From Convolutriloba macropyga (Eukaryota), in NCBI RefSeq assembly GCF_964194025.1, contig NC_134481.1:23064001-23128000 (forward strand): a DNA stretch of 64,000 nt, in the 5' to 3' direction. Shown here piece after piece: positions 38,301 to 50,857 of the stretch. The stretch's first letter is position 1. The number at the start of each line of letters is the position of its first letter. Both the position numbers and the translations under genes were made by a program. The notes below the pieces were generated by a model. The model ran no database searches, was not told the origin of the DNA, and worked only from the letters and a program-made list of their open reading frames with translations.

Positions 38301-39684
38301 GCGCAATTGCTTTTCTCTTATTTTTTAGGGAATAGATTATGGTTTTAACGGCTTGGACACCAGCCCTCCCCCCCCCCCGCGCTGCGCTCACCTCACGCCC
38401 CTTCAACTAAGCTAAAGCTAGCTTCACTAAACTGTGGCTAGCTACTGACGTGCCAACCGCTCGCCGGTCGTTTGAGAGCAGTTCGCCCGACGTTAGGCGG
38501 TTATGTTTAAGATTGTGGTTTTTCGTTTTAACAGTGAAGTGTTAAAATCTGCTGCATTTACCGTCTGATGCTGCATTTACTTTTTGCATCTTTATTGGTC
38601 GGTAATCTCAAAACAACAGTTTTATTCGGCTGTTCAATGATAGTTTCAAAAAGATTGTTTGACACATCTCAAAAACTGTTTTTGATAGTCTTTTTTGGAC
38701 TCATCAGTAGTCGTTTTTTGTTGCGTGATTAGTTTTTTGATCATAATCATTTATCTATCTCTAGTCTCAGCAGCTGAAATCAAGTGACATGTTATTAAAC
38801 GTAATTGAGAATCCGCCGAAATTGGCATCATTCTTAAATAGCCGCTTAAGTTAGTTTTATTTTGATATTCCAAGTCTCTCCACGGAAAGTTAATCAATTC
38901 ATTTTTGTATCGGTTGCCATCTGTATCCAATGGCCAATTATGTCATATACCGCAGGGTATTGTCGACTTTTTACAGGCTACGTTTGATTATTTTTGTCGT
39001 TTAGATTCAATAACTGAACAGTTGGAAATAGTGAAGTCGCACACGGTTCCAATTGAAAATCCTGACAACGACACGCAGTTTGAACAAAATCAAGAGAAAA
39101 AATCAGAACCGAAACGAACCGAGTTCGAAGACGATTGTTCAAATTCTGTTTCAGCTCAAACTTCACAGGAATTAGACGAAATTGGCACTATGAGTTTGAA
39201 TAAGTCAGTAGAAACTAACGACGGCCAAAATCAACGTGGGTTTGAGAATAATAAAAAATCTAAAATTAATAGTGAGAAACTGTATGTGAAAGGCTACCCA
39301 GTGGTCTCGAAAAAGTTCCAAGCGAATCATGAAGCGCATTTGGAGAGAAGTAATCTTTTGGGTGCCATGAAAACAGACCGGGTGATAGGCGAACAACAAC
39401 GATTGTTTCATTTGTATTCAACTGAAAAAGAGAAACAAGATTATTTGCGTAGCCAAGAGGCTCAAACAATTGTAAAAGAGGCTAGGGCGAAAAAGAAACA
39501 GCAAAGTGCAGAAGATAAAAAGTTACAATTGAAGAAAAAGGTTATGAAGAAAGAACAATTAGCCAACAAAAAGAAAATGTTAGAGCAAATTAAGAAAGGC
39601 TCTTCTGTGACTGTAGTTCACAATAAAGAAATTAAGCAACCAGGGTATATGAAAGCCAACTTTAGCCGAACCAAACCCGGGTGA
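29363..39684 (+). CDS. RPP38: RNase P/MRP subunit p38-like (L7Ae fold); exons 29363-29701, 29969-30101, 39005-39684 (~383 aa); intron 2 is GC-AG
   Basis: LLSPYAFQ and VRSCMAVGLKECVRMLEKNKAVSILLIDS...LLQHLIAACAVRSCPV...VAFKN parallel RPP38 (NPY..W; VRKQLAIGVNEVTRALE...HLIQLSLSRSVP...LAFKK). Phases are consistent (0, then 1). Joining of the last exon is inferred. Confidence 0.72.
29870..29965. repeat. ~35-bp minisatellite in RPP38 intron 1
   Basis: tatttgaatttgaagttagaatagaattt repeated about 2.5 times. Confidence 0.75.
31038..36352. repeat. Near-identical tandem duplication of a ~2.66-kb non-coding unit (31038-33690; 33691-36352)
   Basis: gagatagttttttttcaagtgcgtc starts both copies and both end with ggcggctgttttccg. 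Only scattered substitutions and small indels are visible. Confidence 0.95.
38364..38508 (+). mobile_element. HINE-like element, 3' fragment (copy D)
   Basis: C-run, cgccccttcaactaagctaaagctagc, tcgtttgagagcagttcgcccgacgttaggcggttatgttt. Confidence 0.7.
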
Positions 39685-41567
39685 ATTTAAGTTAGAGCTC
39701 ATCAGTGTCATTTTGTTTTGATTGATTATGTTATTGCTTTGATATAATTCTGTCAATTTTACGATATGCTTTCTTCTGAGTTGAAAAATCAAGTTGTATA
39801 GAAATGTTGTTTTGTTTACCCCTAACAGAAGGAATGGGAAGTATCTTCATTAAATGCGTGCAAAGTAATCTTGAATAATATTTGAAAGCTTTCATGTATT
39901 TAAAACTGATAAATTGTTGATATTAGTTAATACCGACGGCCATGCCTCAGCGACCCATGGGATTTGATTTCGAGCTCCACCAGATTACGAGATCAAATTA
40001 ATCGGGTAATTGTTCCACCCACTTTAGTGGGAGGAGGAACTTTAAACTCAACTGTTTTTTTTTTGTTCAGTCAATTTTCGCCAATCGATATTTTCATCGT
40101 ACAGGAGTGTGAGTGGTATCATTAGAGGCCTCTCAAGCGTATAATTTCAAATTTAATTTTTTTTGAAAATCGCTTTTTTCAAGGAGTTACGGAGGTTTAA
40201 AAATTTGTGAACGTTAGCCTAACTTCAGTTGTTTTGTTCACATTTTTTTGTAATTTTTGCTTCAATTTTGATCAATTTTTGCTAAAATATGATAAGATGG
40301 CCAACTATAGTTTGACCGGTGGTGCCAACCTGAAAACTGCTGAACTAATCTTCATATAATTGAATTTTGACTAATTGTGCCTCTGGTTGCCAAGAAATTT
40401 TTCTGGAAATAACATTTGCGGTCTTTCGCTGATTTAAATCGATGTTTATAAAAAACGCATAATTTATTTTTTGATATATTGAAATTTTCGTTTGCCCCAA
40501 AAACCCTACTATGCAATTTTTTAGAATTGCGCTTTTTTTAACAGCCGCGCAGAGAGAGCAAGGCCAATTCGGGTCTCATCTTTGAGTATTTGTATGAGCA
40601 AGGATTCGGACTGTGTTTTGGGTCTTTCTTTTTGAAATGTTTTTTGCATTTCTTTCGTCCCAATTACAGGAGTCTTTTTTCATTTAAGGGTTCATTTATC
40701 AAAGGTTCTCTTAATGTTCCAATTTGTTCCAATTAAACAGTATTCTGTTTTTTTTAGTAAAGCTCATGGTTTTTATAGCTCCGGCAAATTGTTTGTGAAT
40801 TTTTAATGAATTCTTGAGATTTGCCAGATTTTATTGTGCTTTTTATAGTCTTATGTCTAAGTCTAATTAACCCATTGACTAATTTTGTGTCTAGGGAGCT
40901 TTTAAAGATTTTTTAATGATTTCAGGTGATACATAATGCTTTTTTTGTTAATATATCTTGATATGTATCCAAAATTATCATTTATTTTTTAATATTGTTA
41001 AATTAAACTTTTGTTGAATTAGCTATTTCGTTGAAGTTTCTCGTTTTCAAGGACAAGAAGCAGAAAGAGCAAGGCCGGTTTTGGTCTAGTTTTGGAAAAT
41101 AATAGTTCAAAAATTGTTCGGATTGTAAGGGGGGCTGTATATATTTTTTGAAATAATTTTGCGTTTTTTTATTTTATATTAGTTACAGACCAGAATGATT
41201 TCAACTCATACCTCATTTATCGACGAGTCAAATTTACATCCACTGTAAGGCCGATAAGTATACATAACAATTTCAGCAAAAAAAGCATATGTTTTGGCTT
41301 CAACACCGTTTGCGTAAAATTGTTCGTGATCTTTTTATTTCTGTCCGTATTTATTGTTAATGTATAGTCTTTTGTCTTAGTCTCACTAATTACCTGTACA
41401 TTTGGCCTCCTGAGCAGTTAATTTTTTGCTATTTACTTTTTCAGTTGAAAATTTACGGTTGTAATGTCTTAAATTTTTCTTAAAAAATTTTAAAAAGAAA
41501 ATGTTTTGAGATTTGTCACTTTCAATTTCAATTTTGCAACCTTTTAGCATAGTCGTAATGAAGAGAA

Positions 41568-41587
41568 AGAGAGAGAGAGAGAGAGAG
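41568..41587. repeat. (GA)n microsatellite
   Basis: Read directly from the sequence. Confidence 0.9.
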
Positions 41588-41644
41588 CGCATTTTTAAGT
41601 GAATGATAATGTAGTTTTAATTGCTGTTTAATTATTTAAATAAT

Positions 41645-43765
41645 GGTTTTTTGGCGTTGATACTACCAGTTTTCATAAATTTTTTATTATTTTTTTGACC
41701 TTTCAACTTTTTGAGTTTCTTTTTTGCTGTCTTGTACGGTCATCACATTGGTGCCATTTATTGGAAAGTCGCAGATCACAATAATGACGTCGAATTAACT
41801 CTTCATTTTTCAATGTTTTTAGTGAATAGATTTTGATCTTATAGGCTTCAACACCGTATCCTCGCAAAATTGAAGACTTTGATATTTGTCTGCATTTGCT
41901 CTTTTTATAGTCATGTGAAATTCTGCATAAGAACAGTTCCCAATGGTTTTGTTTGAAGGTATAGATGAAGCCATTGAATGATTTCAAATGATAACTAATT
42001 GCTTTCCTGACTTTGAATTCTGTTGTTTTCAAAAAGTGTAAACAGTAATTTCTAATTGTGCCCTTTTTGTTTTCTGTCTACTTGTTAATTATTTTCAATA
42101 AAGACAGTTCCCATGAAATGCTAGTCAATTGTTTTAATTTTCTTTTTTGATGACACTTTTTTCGCTTTTGCGTTGTTTCAAAAAAAAGGATAGACATTGA
42201 GATTTGGTCGTAAATAATGCTTGTTCTCTTTATTTGATTTTGTTGTTTGTCTTCTCTTTTATGCTTCCTAATGGCAGTTATTATTGACCCTCTGCTGAAT
42301 TATTGTTTGACTTGTATTTTGGTTAGAGCTAAATTGATTTTTTTAAATGGATAAAACAATTATTTTCGAATAAGTGATTTTTTGAAAGCTCCTCCTTTGT
42401 ATACAATTAAGTCAAAAACGTGGTTGAGTGGGGTTGGAACATTATATGCGAACGCACAGTGCCGAGCCTCCTCGTTATAATAAAGCATACTTATTTGTAA
42501 TCCGCTAATCTGAAATGGGACAAAGGAAAAGATTTATTTTGGTTTGGATATTATGGCGTATTGGGTGTTTTGACATAGGGTAAAATTCAAAACATGTTTA
42601 CCCAGATGTCATTGCTTAACAGATTGATTTGACATATGTGCAAGATAAAAAGCTGTTGTCCAATATATAACTGGGTAAGTTTTTTAAAAATGAAATGATA
42701 TTCGTAATATTCCGCGGCTATTGCAAATCGAACTCAAAATGAGTAAAGGATCATAGGCTGAATTTTCCGTCAGGTGTATCCTTATTGATATACAAGCTAA
42801 TACAATTAAGACTTTGGTTAGCTTTAAGCAAAATGCTGTGAAAAATGGTGTGATACTACAAGTTTCAAAAAATTGTTTTCTGAGATTTGCCATATTCAAG
42901 TTTATTTCTGCCACCTTTTAGCGTATGCTCACCACAGAGAGGGACGAATGAATTCATTTCGGGCAAATTAAGATGAAGTTTTACTTTCTTTTTTGTCATT
43001 TTAATTTAAATTTTGGCGTTGATACCACGAGTTTTTGTTTATTTTTTTTCAAATTTGACAGCTTTTTTGAGGCTCTCCTTTGCTGTTTTGTCTGATCATC
43101 ACATCACAGGAATGGCACATTAATGACAAGTCGCATATCATATTAATTGCGCTGAAAGAAGGCAAAATTGAATTGACTTCATGATTTTTGCTTTTATTAG
43201 TTTTTTGTAGTCTCATGACATTCTGGATACTGACAAGGTTTTGTATGAAGGTAATTCTGTAATAATTGTATAAAAGCCATTGATTTCAGTTGATAGCTAA
43301 TGGCTTTCATTATTTTGGATTTTTGTTTCCAGAATATGTAAACTGCTTCTAATTTTGCCCGTTTTTGTTTTCTGTCTAATTGTTAATTAGTCTCGGGTTA
43401 ATAAAAACGGGTTCCAGTTAATTAGTCTCAATAAAAACAGGTTCCAATTCTTTTTTGGTGAAGTCATTTGGTTTAGTTTATTTTTATCTGATGCTATTTT
43501 GACTTTTTCATTAAATTTTTTTGAAAAAAAATCAATAATCAATTTTTCGTTGTTAATAATGCTTGTTGTCTTTGTTTGATTTTGTTGTTTGTCTTCTCTG
43601 TTACTCTCATTAATGGGTGGTATCATTGGCGCTTTAATATGTTTTTATTTAGTGATTTTTTGAGAGTTTTCTATCTCTTCCTCATTTGTTGTACCATTGA
43701 GTCAAAACGCGGTTGGGCGGGGTCAAAACATTGTGCTAACGCACATTTCAGAGCTTCCACGTTTA
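41645..43765. repeat. Diverged ~800-bp direct repeats (41645-42475 and 43010-43765)
   Basis: Both start ttttggcgttgatac and end gtcaaaa.cg.ggttg.g.gggt...aacgcaca...gagc.tcc. Confidence 0.7.
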
Positions 43766-44654
43766 AAGTTTCGTTGAAACAAGGTTTGAAACTTGTTTAA
43801 AGTTTCAGTTTCATTAAAAATTTGTTTTATATAAAATAATTGATAACCCAATTGGTTTTTCATCTGCTAAAATTACATCAACATCCGGTTTTTTAATTGT
43901 TCTTTTTGGTCAAAATGAAAAATTCGTACTCAAGATTGCTACGGAAAAATTTCAGTTTGAGTTTTGAAAAATTGATAGTAGAAATATTCGAAGAAGCTTT
44001 TTACAAACTTTAGACGCAAGTTAGAGCATTCTGTGCTACGCAGTCTCGCGCGAGCCGTATTGTTAAGTATTACAATAAAGATCTTCGAGTAGTGATCACA
44101 AAAGTTTTCATTTGGTTTCATTGAAGCACCAGTAGTTTTCAAAATTGTGAAAGAATGCTTTGATTAAACTTTTCTTTTAATTAAGCTCAAATTTTACCAG
44201 ACGGCTGTGAAAAAATGTGTGTTAGGCAGAGACCTACATTATACATCATCTTGAAGTCACTATTTTTCGATTGCTGTATTTATCGTTAATCTGTTCAATG
44301 TCAAGCATTTTTTGCGTAAATTATAGTTGATTTCAAGTTTCCATTATTTATCAGTGAATGTCTTCCTTTTTGGAGTATTCAGCTTTCACGCTTGAGATTG
44401 TGAAATGTAGCTTGAAATGGATTTAAACTTATGTGCAGAAGCACGTTACCGATTCTTTTTAGTTGTGTTTTGTTTCTATTTCTTACAATGTCTAGTACCA
44501 ATTTAGATTTTGCGCTTGCGCTGCGTGACCTTCTTGGTTATAGAAGAACTTTTTGTATCGTGTTGTCAATCTGTTGTCACTTGGCTAGATCGAGTTGTTG
44601 GTATGATTGCTTTATGAAGCACATCAATTGGATTCTATTTTCAGATATATTGAA

Positions 44655-47600
44655 ATGACTGATAGCGTTGAATCAAAGTCACGTGTTCTAAACGCACTTT
44701 GCACTGACTTAGTGAAAAACAAATTAAAAGTACCCGATATCAAATTGTATGACGAATTATGTGCTGCTATTTCGGCAAAAATGGAAAGCGCCATCAATAA
44801 GAATATTTCAACGGTTGATGTTAAAACTGTTTTGAATACGTATCGAAGGAAATTAGCAAACAGAGGATTTGTCGGTTATGCGCAGGGAAATTTTGGTAAC
44901 TTCAGACCTCAAGTGCTTCCGTTGTTGAACTTTCAAGTGAAAACAGAAAGTCTATGTTGTATTGAATCGTTATTTGACAAATCGACGAATAGTATGAACC
45001 TCATGTTGTATGTATGCATACCAGAGCAATTCTTCTACAAATCAGATATTATCAATTATAGATTGATACAAAAATTGAACTTTGCATTGCTTGTTGTCAT
45101 TGATGTTTTGAAGGGTTTAGACTTTATGTCACCCGTTGACAATTGGAATTTATTCAGCTTTGATCATTCGCCAATTCATGCGACATTATTTAGTCATTGT
45201 TATGTCAATGTCAATGTAAAATCAAAACACATCACTAATAATGAGACGCCAATAACCATGAAAGTAACATGTGTTCCGGAGAACGTTGACTTTTTCGAAA
45301 TTGATCGGTTGCGTTTTGACAATAATTGCGTCAGAATTCAATATTTGAGGAGCAAAGAGGAAGGTGAAAAAAGCGAAAAGGAAGCTGGTTTTGAAAGTAA
45401 AGAGGCACATTTGCCTAGTGTAGCTTACAATCAAATGATGATAAACTGTCTTTCTAGACATAATATTAACAAGCAACTGCTACAAAAGTTTCATAATTTG
45501 CCACTGATTTACAAAGAATGTTTAGCCCTAGTGTGTTATGCTGTGGGAGTTAAAAATTTGGGCCAGATTGATAATGAATACATTTTGAGTTGTTTTTTCA
45601 AGTTCACAGCTTCTGGGGCGCTTACAGAAAAGGGGCTGAATTATGAAGGTCATGTTTTCGAAGCGTTCACCGATTTCTGTAAGCTTTTCTACAAACTTTT
45701 AAATGAAAACGATTCAATATATAGAACAAGAGACATGTGTATTCAAAGTCATGTTTGCGAAAACTTGGATATTTTTCACAACCTTTCGCTTGTGAACTTC
45801 GACCTTGTGAAGCTCAAATTTGGGAATCTTGTGAAATCTTTCGGAAGTGTGCCCGAGCGCGCGTTGTATACAGAGTTGTTTGAGAACAAGTTGTCAATGT
45901 TTTCGGAATATGATCTGCTTTGTTCTTTTAACATAAATGCTTGGTACATCAATTCTGTCCAACCGGAAGATCTATTGGAATTTAATTGCAGGGCTGTCGA
46001 TTTGGTGGTTTCAAAGTTAATGCCAGAGTTATCTGCATCGCTCGGCAAAAGAGCTGTTCGCATTGATCTCCTAAACATAACAGCTGAAGAAGTTGACAAA
46101 GATGCTGATGAAAATGATGCGCGCGTTTATTTTGGAGTAAAATTGAACTTTTCAATGCAGGCCGAAGCTGTGATAAAGGGTCCACTACCGGAGAATGCAC
46201 AAGGTAACCAAAGTCTGACTCATACGTGAACAGTGTTAACTTATCCCTGCACGAAATTTCCATGTGAAAAAGTTGTACAGTTTTGATCTATTTGCTAATT
46301 GTTTTTCATCTTGTGAACAATGCATGTATTGGTTTTATGCACTACTAGATAGAGTTCACTGGGTACCTGTGTAATTGGTGGTAGAAACTATCTGATCCTC
46401 CACCTCCCACCTCCAAAACCGTGGGCGTACAATTTTCAACCACCCCCTCCCACTTAACGTACATGGCCATTTTTAGATGGTAATTTGGTCACGTATATTG
46501 AAACTGGGGGGGTCATGACCTGCACAGGGATCGAAGCATAATAGATCCGATAATCTTATTGGTTAACAAAGTCAACCACGGCAAAATAAATCACATTATC
46601 CCAATTGAATGACTCGTTATTGATTTAGAAGCCGAGAAATTTCGTCAATTATGGGGTGACGATTTGTGCAAGTTGAGACGATTCAAAGACGGCACCATCT
46701 GCTACGCTGTTGCCTTTCCCGACTTCATCCAGAGCAAACTTTCTCTACGCGATGTCTCCAAGACTATTCTTAAACACATTACTCTTCGGCATTTGGGCGA
46801 AGACTATGTGGACTCCTTTCAAGTTGTTTCTAATATTTTAGAGAGAGGGTTAACCTCTAAAGTTATTGGAGTGGGACATTTCACCGGAACGGGGGAAGAA
46901 GAAATTCAATCCACAAGAAACAAAGTTGAGAGGTTTGAATCTTTGATGTTTGATATTTCGAAACAGCTACCCCTACGAATCCAATCTGTAACTTGTCTCA
47001 ACGACGAAGTAAATCGAAACTCCTCAATTATTCCTGCAAGTTGTGAAACAAGAAGAGACAAATGTGTGTATGAAGTTGTTCATAAAAAGGTGCGAGTACC
47101 TTCTCAGTTTGAGCATCTGTTTGCATCTGGGAATAACAGCAGAAGGTTGATAGAGTTACAACTCGTTTTGCAAACTCATCAAAGTTGGCCCTCTAAAAAT
47201 CACGAAGCTGTCAAAAGACTGAAAGCAGCCTTCTACTCAAAGATGGGACAGTTGCTAACGAATAATGAGGTAACCTGTTTTGTTTCAAAAGAAATGCAGA
47301 TGTTTGGGATTGGATCTGTTTGAGGTCAGCAAAGATAGTCCTAGGACTTTTTTGAAATACCTTTGAAATAAAATTGTTTTTGCGCCCCAGCAGTTGGAGA
47401 TTTCCGTTTTTAAAATTTTTTGTGGTTTTTGAAAGTTTTTACAGAATTTTTGGAAATCAAAGTTGGCACTCATGAATTCGGAAAATTTCTGAAAAATCAT
47501 GTTTTGAAAGTTTCAAAAAAGAGTGGATCTAACGTATCCTTGGAAAGGTAAATTTGCAAAAATTTCGTTTTTTAGCAGAAGGGTGTGGTGACCTGGTAAT

Positions 47601-50600
47601 GTTTTTCCTCTACAAAACACGTTTCAAAGTATCTTGAGAAAAAATGGTCTTATTCAATTGGGTCTTGACATACTTTAAACAAGACGGCTCGCGCGAGTCT
47701 GTGCGTAGCACAAAATGTTCCCACATACGTCTCAAGGTTGCAAAAGCAACTTTTAAATTCTGCCAGGAAAACTGTTGGGAGTATCCGAAAGCAACTTATA
47801 TGCATTAGAGAAAATTACTTGTACTCTTTGAACCAAAAATTATGCCGTCTTTCAAAAGAACAAACTCTAGAATTATAAATGTAATACAATCTGAAAGACG
47901 CAGAAAAATCACACAGACACACACAAACAAAGGATACATTTCACAAATAGATACCAACACACAAGTGCAAAACCCAACAGCAAAAAGAAGCATTTTCAAT
48001 TTTGTTTTTGTCAATTAGTCACTACTCGAGTTTCGTCAATGTTGATTTAGGTATTCTTTGTTGTTCTTCTAAGAAACTAGGTGTGCACTTTTTGACGCAA
48101 TTTTATCGGCGACTAATTTTGACAATAAACGTTGAAACATAACATTTAAAAGTTTTTGGAATTTTTTTTACAAATTTTGATAATTCATGAGCACAACGGG
48201 ACAATGAATTTTTCAAAATCTCGCATAACTGTTCTCAGCGAGATTTAAAAACTGGGTTTTGTTGTTCCGCACTTCTGAAGCCGCAATTTGATGCAAATTT
48301 TAAGTAGTTTTTCTAATTTATCTTTGACAGTTTTTACACTCTTCCTCTATTTGTGTCTGTCCAACATTTGAATGCATTTTCTCTCTCACACTAACTATCC
48401 CTCTCTTATGCACACATAAAAGAACGCACAACCGTAAATACACCCACACAAGCGCGAGCACACAAATGCAAAACCCATCACCAAAAAAACCTGTCAAATT
48501 TTCTTTTTGGCAACTGATAATTACTCAAAACTCTTCACCGTTTAAATATGCCTGGACTGTTTTTTTCTCTGAAGCTAGGTTTTGACTTCTTAAAGAAGAG
48601 TACCGGTAATTATAATTTTGACAGTAAATCTGAAATTAACTTTTTGAAAGTTCTCATTTTTTTTGTCATTTTTGATGTTTCATGAGCATAAGGGAACAAT
48701 TAATTTTTCAAAACCTCGCAGATTTGATATTGGCAAAATTTAAACGCATCAGGCATAACCTTGTTTATAATTAAATCCGCAAATTTTTTTTTTCGGCATC
48801 TGATCATTACTCAAGTTTTCCCGCCTATCATTTAGGTATTGATTGTTCTTTCAGGAAAGTTTGATGTGCAAAATCTGATTTGCATTGTACAAAGTCTCTA
48901 TTTGTGTCTAACAATTGAAGGAAATAGTTTCTCACAATAACTCTTTCTCTCTCTCTAAATATATACGACAGACATTGAAAACACGCACACCCCATATATA
49001 CACCACCACCACCACAGGCGCGAACGCTCACACAAACAAATGCAGGCCTCGCCACCCGAAAAATTTCAAATCTTCTTGGCATCCGATATTTACGCAATAT
49101 TTGTCACTCCTTCATTTGTGTCTTGATTGTTGTTTTTTTTCTGATGTGGAATTCATGGCCTATTTGTTTTGATAATTATTAAATTGACAACAGAATCGGA
49201 ATTGAACTTTTTGAATTATTTTAAAATTTCTTGTCATTGTTGATGTTTCACGGGCATAATCCCCATTCGTATATATTAAAAACCTTACGCAGACGTGTTA
49301 AGAGTTAGATATAATAAGCAGTATTAGTTCTAAATATCTGTAAAAGCCCTTTGTTTAGCAAAGTTTTCCAACTTAATTAATTTTCTAACTTTTTATTACT
49401 TCTGACGGTTCTTGCACTCTGCCTCTAGTTGTTTTTTACATGAAAAGGAACGTTGAAAGCTCTTCGTAAAGCCTCCTGTTTTGTATTTTTTGAGAATTAT
49501 TCGTTATCAGTAGATGTTACTTTTTGGACCGTTTCTTGTTTTAGGATTATTTGTTTTTTATGGAAATAGGAAAATTTAATTGTTATGGGAACTGAAAAAG
49601 AGAAGACAATATCTTTTTATGCTTTCAAAAGAAATTTTTGTTTTTTATATGAGGAGTTTCGCAATCAATGAAGGATTTAGTTTTTCAATATAACGAAGCG
49701 CTCAAAGATCAGTTCGCAAAGCAATTTCAAATTGAGATGTGAAAAATCTCTTTCAAAAAAAGTTGTGATCATGTATTAAATTTTTCAGCCTGACTATCCA
49801 ATAACTCTCAAACTTTGAATTTCATCTGTATTTGATTATACCAGGGAAGGTTAGGTTGAACTATCTGTTCTGACATTATAAAGAACACAATTCGACAATG
49901 ATTTAGGTTTATTTCATGTTCGTCTCATGATAGTGGTTTTCTTTACGTTTCAAAGGTTTTGAAAACACTCAAATGGTTATGGTTAGTTCTGACTAAATGA
50001 GAACAATTTTTTGCAAAAACAACTCTAAAATTTTAAAAAGAATACATTTTTTTCTTGCTTTTAGTTTTATACTTTCAAAGGGGATTTTTTGCCATTTTGA
50101 GAGCTCTTAAATTGCCTGAAGTCTTCTCTTCAGTTTTCCAAAGATCTTTTTGATACAAAGAAAAAGGCTTCATGCAATAGTCTTTAACCGGCAGAAAACA
50201 GTTTTTGTTCATATAGTTTAATTTGTTAATTTTTAGCCTTGAAAGCGTAAAGCATTTTAAAACTTCTATTAAACCTTACTAAATTTACTACAATATTTTT
50301 TGTTTGTTTATCTTGAATTATGCGATCCGCAGAGACACGTTAGATGTATCGAGATTTCTCCACAATTCGCATGTTCACAATAAAGAGTTTCGATTGAACA
50401 CAAAAGGGCCAGGAAGGAATTGAAAGTAGGAGAGGGCGGTATAATAATTTTCTATTTACTGCGTTGAAAAGACCGTTTCGCTTTGAAATTGAAAATTGCA
50501 TTTTAAGCCAATATGGCACAGACAGCGCATCAACTGTCAGGGTGAAATTCTGTCCGCAATAAATCAGGACAGGCATGGGCGTTTTCACCAAGTCATAAAA

Positions 50601-50799
50601 GCTAATAGTTAACACAGAATGCAACACACCAAGAGTCAAATGAGTTGAACCTGACCATGTTTTTTTTTCAAATTAAAAACCCCCCTCCCCAATACTTGGT
50701 GAATGTTGACTGGTCCGGGGTTCTCCCAGATCTTCGTCTTCGTAAAGAGTTTGGTATATTTACAGATTTATCAATAAATATTAAAATGAAACAAACTAA

Positions 50800-50857
<58 letters not shown>

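Noticed and set aside
39935-39990. tRNA/SINE B-box-like sequence (also ~46520-46545)
   Set aside because: No cloverleaf or paired A box; too degenerate.
50320-50680. Compositionally distinct patch with a 99-aa minus-strand ORF in NOL6 intron 2
   Set aside because: No recognisable domain in any frame; possibly a TE fragment, but unsupported.
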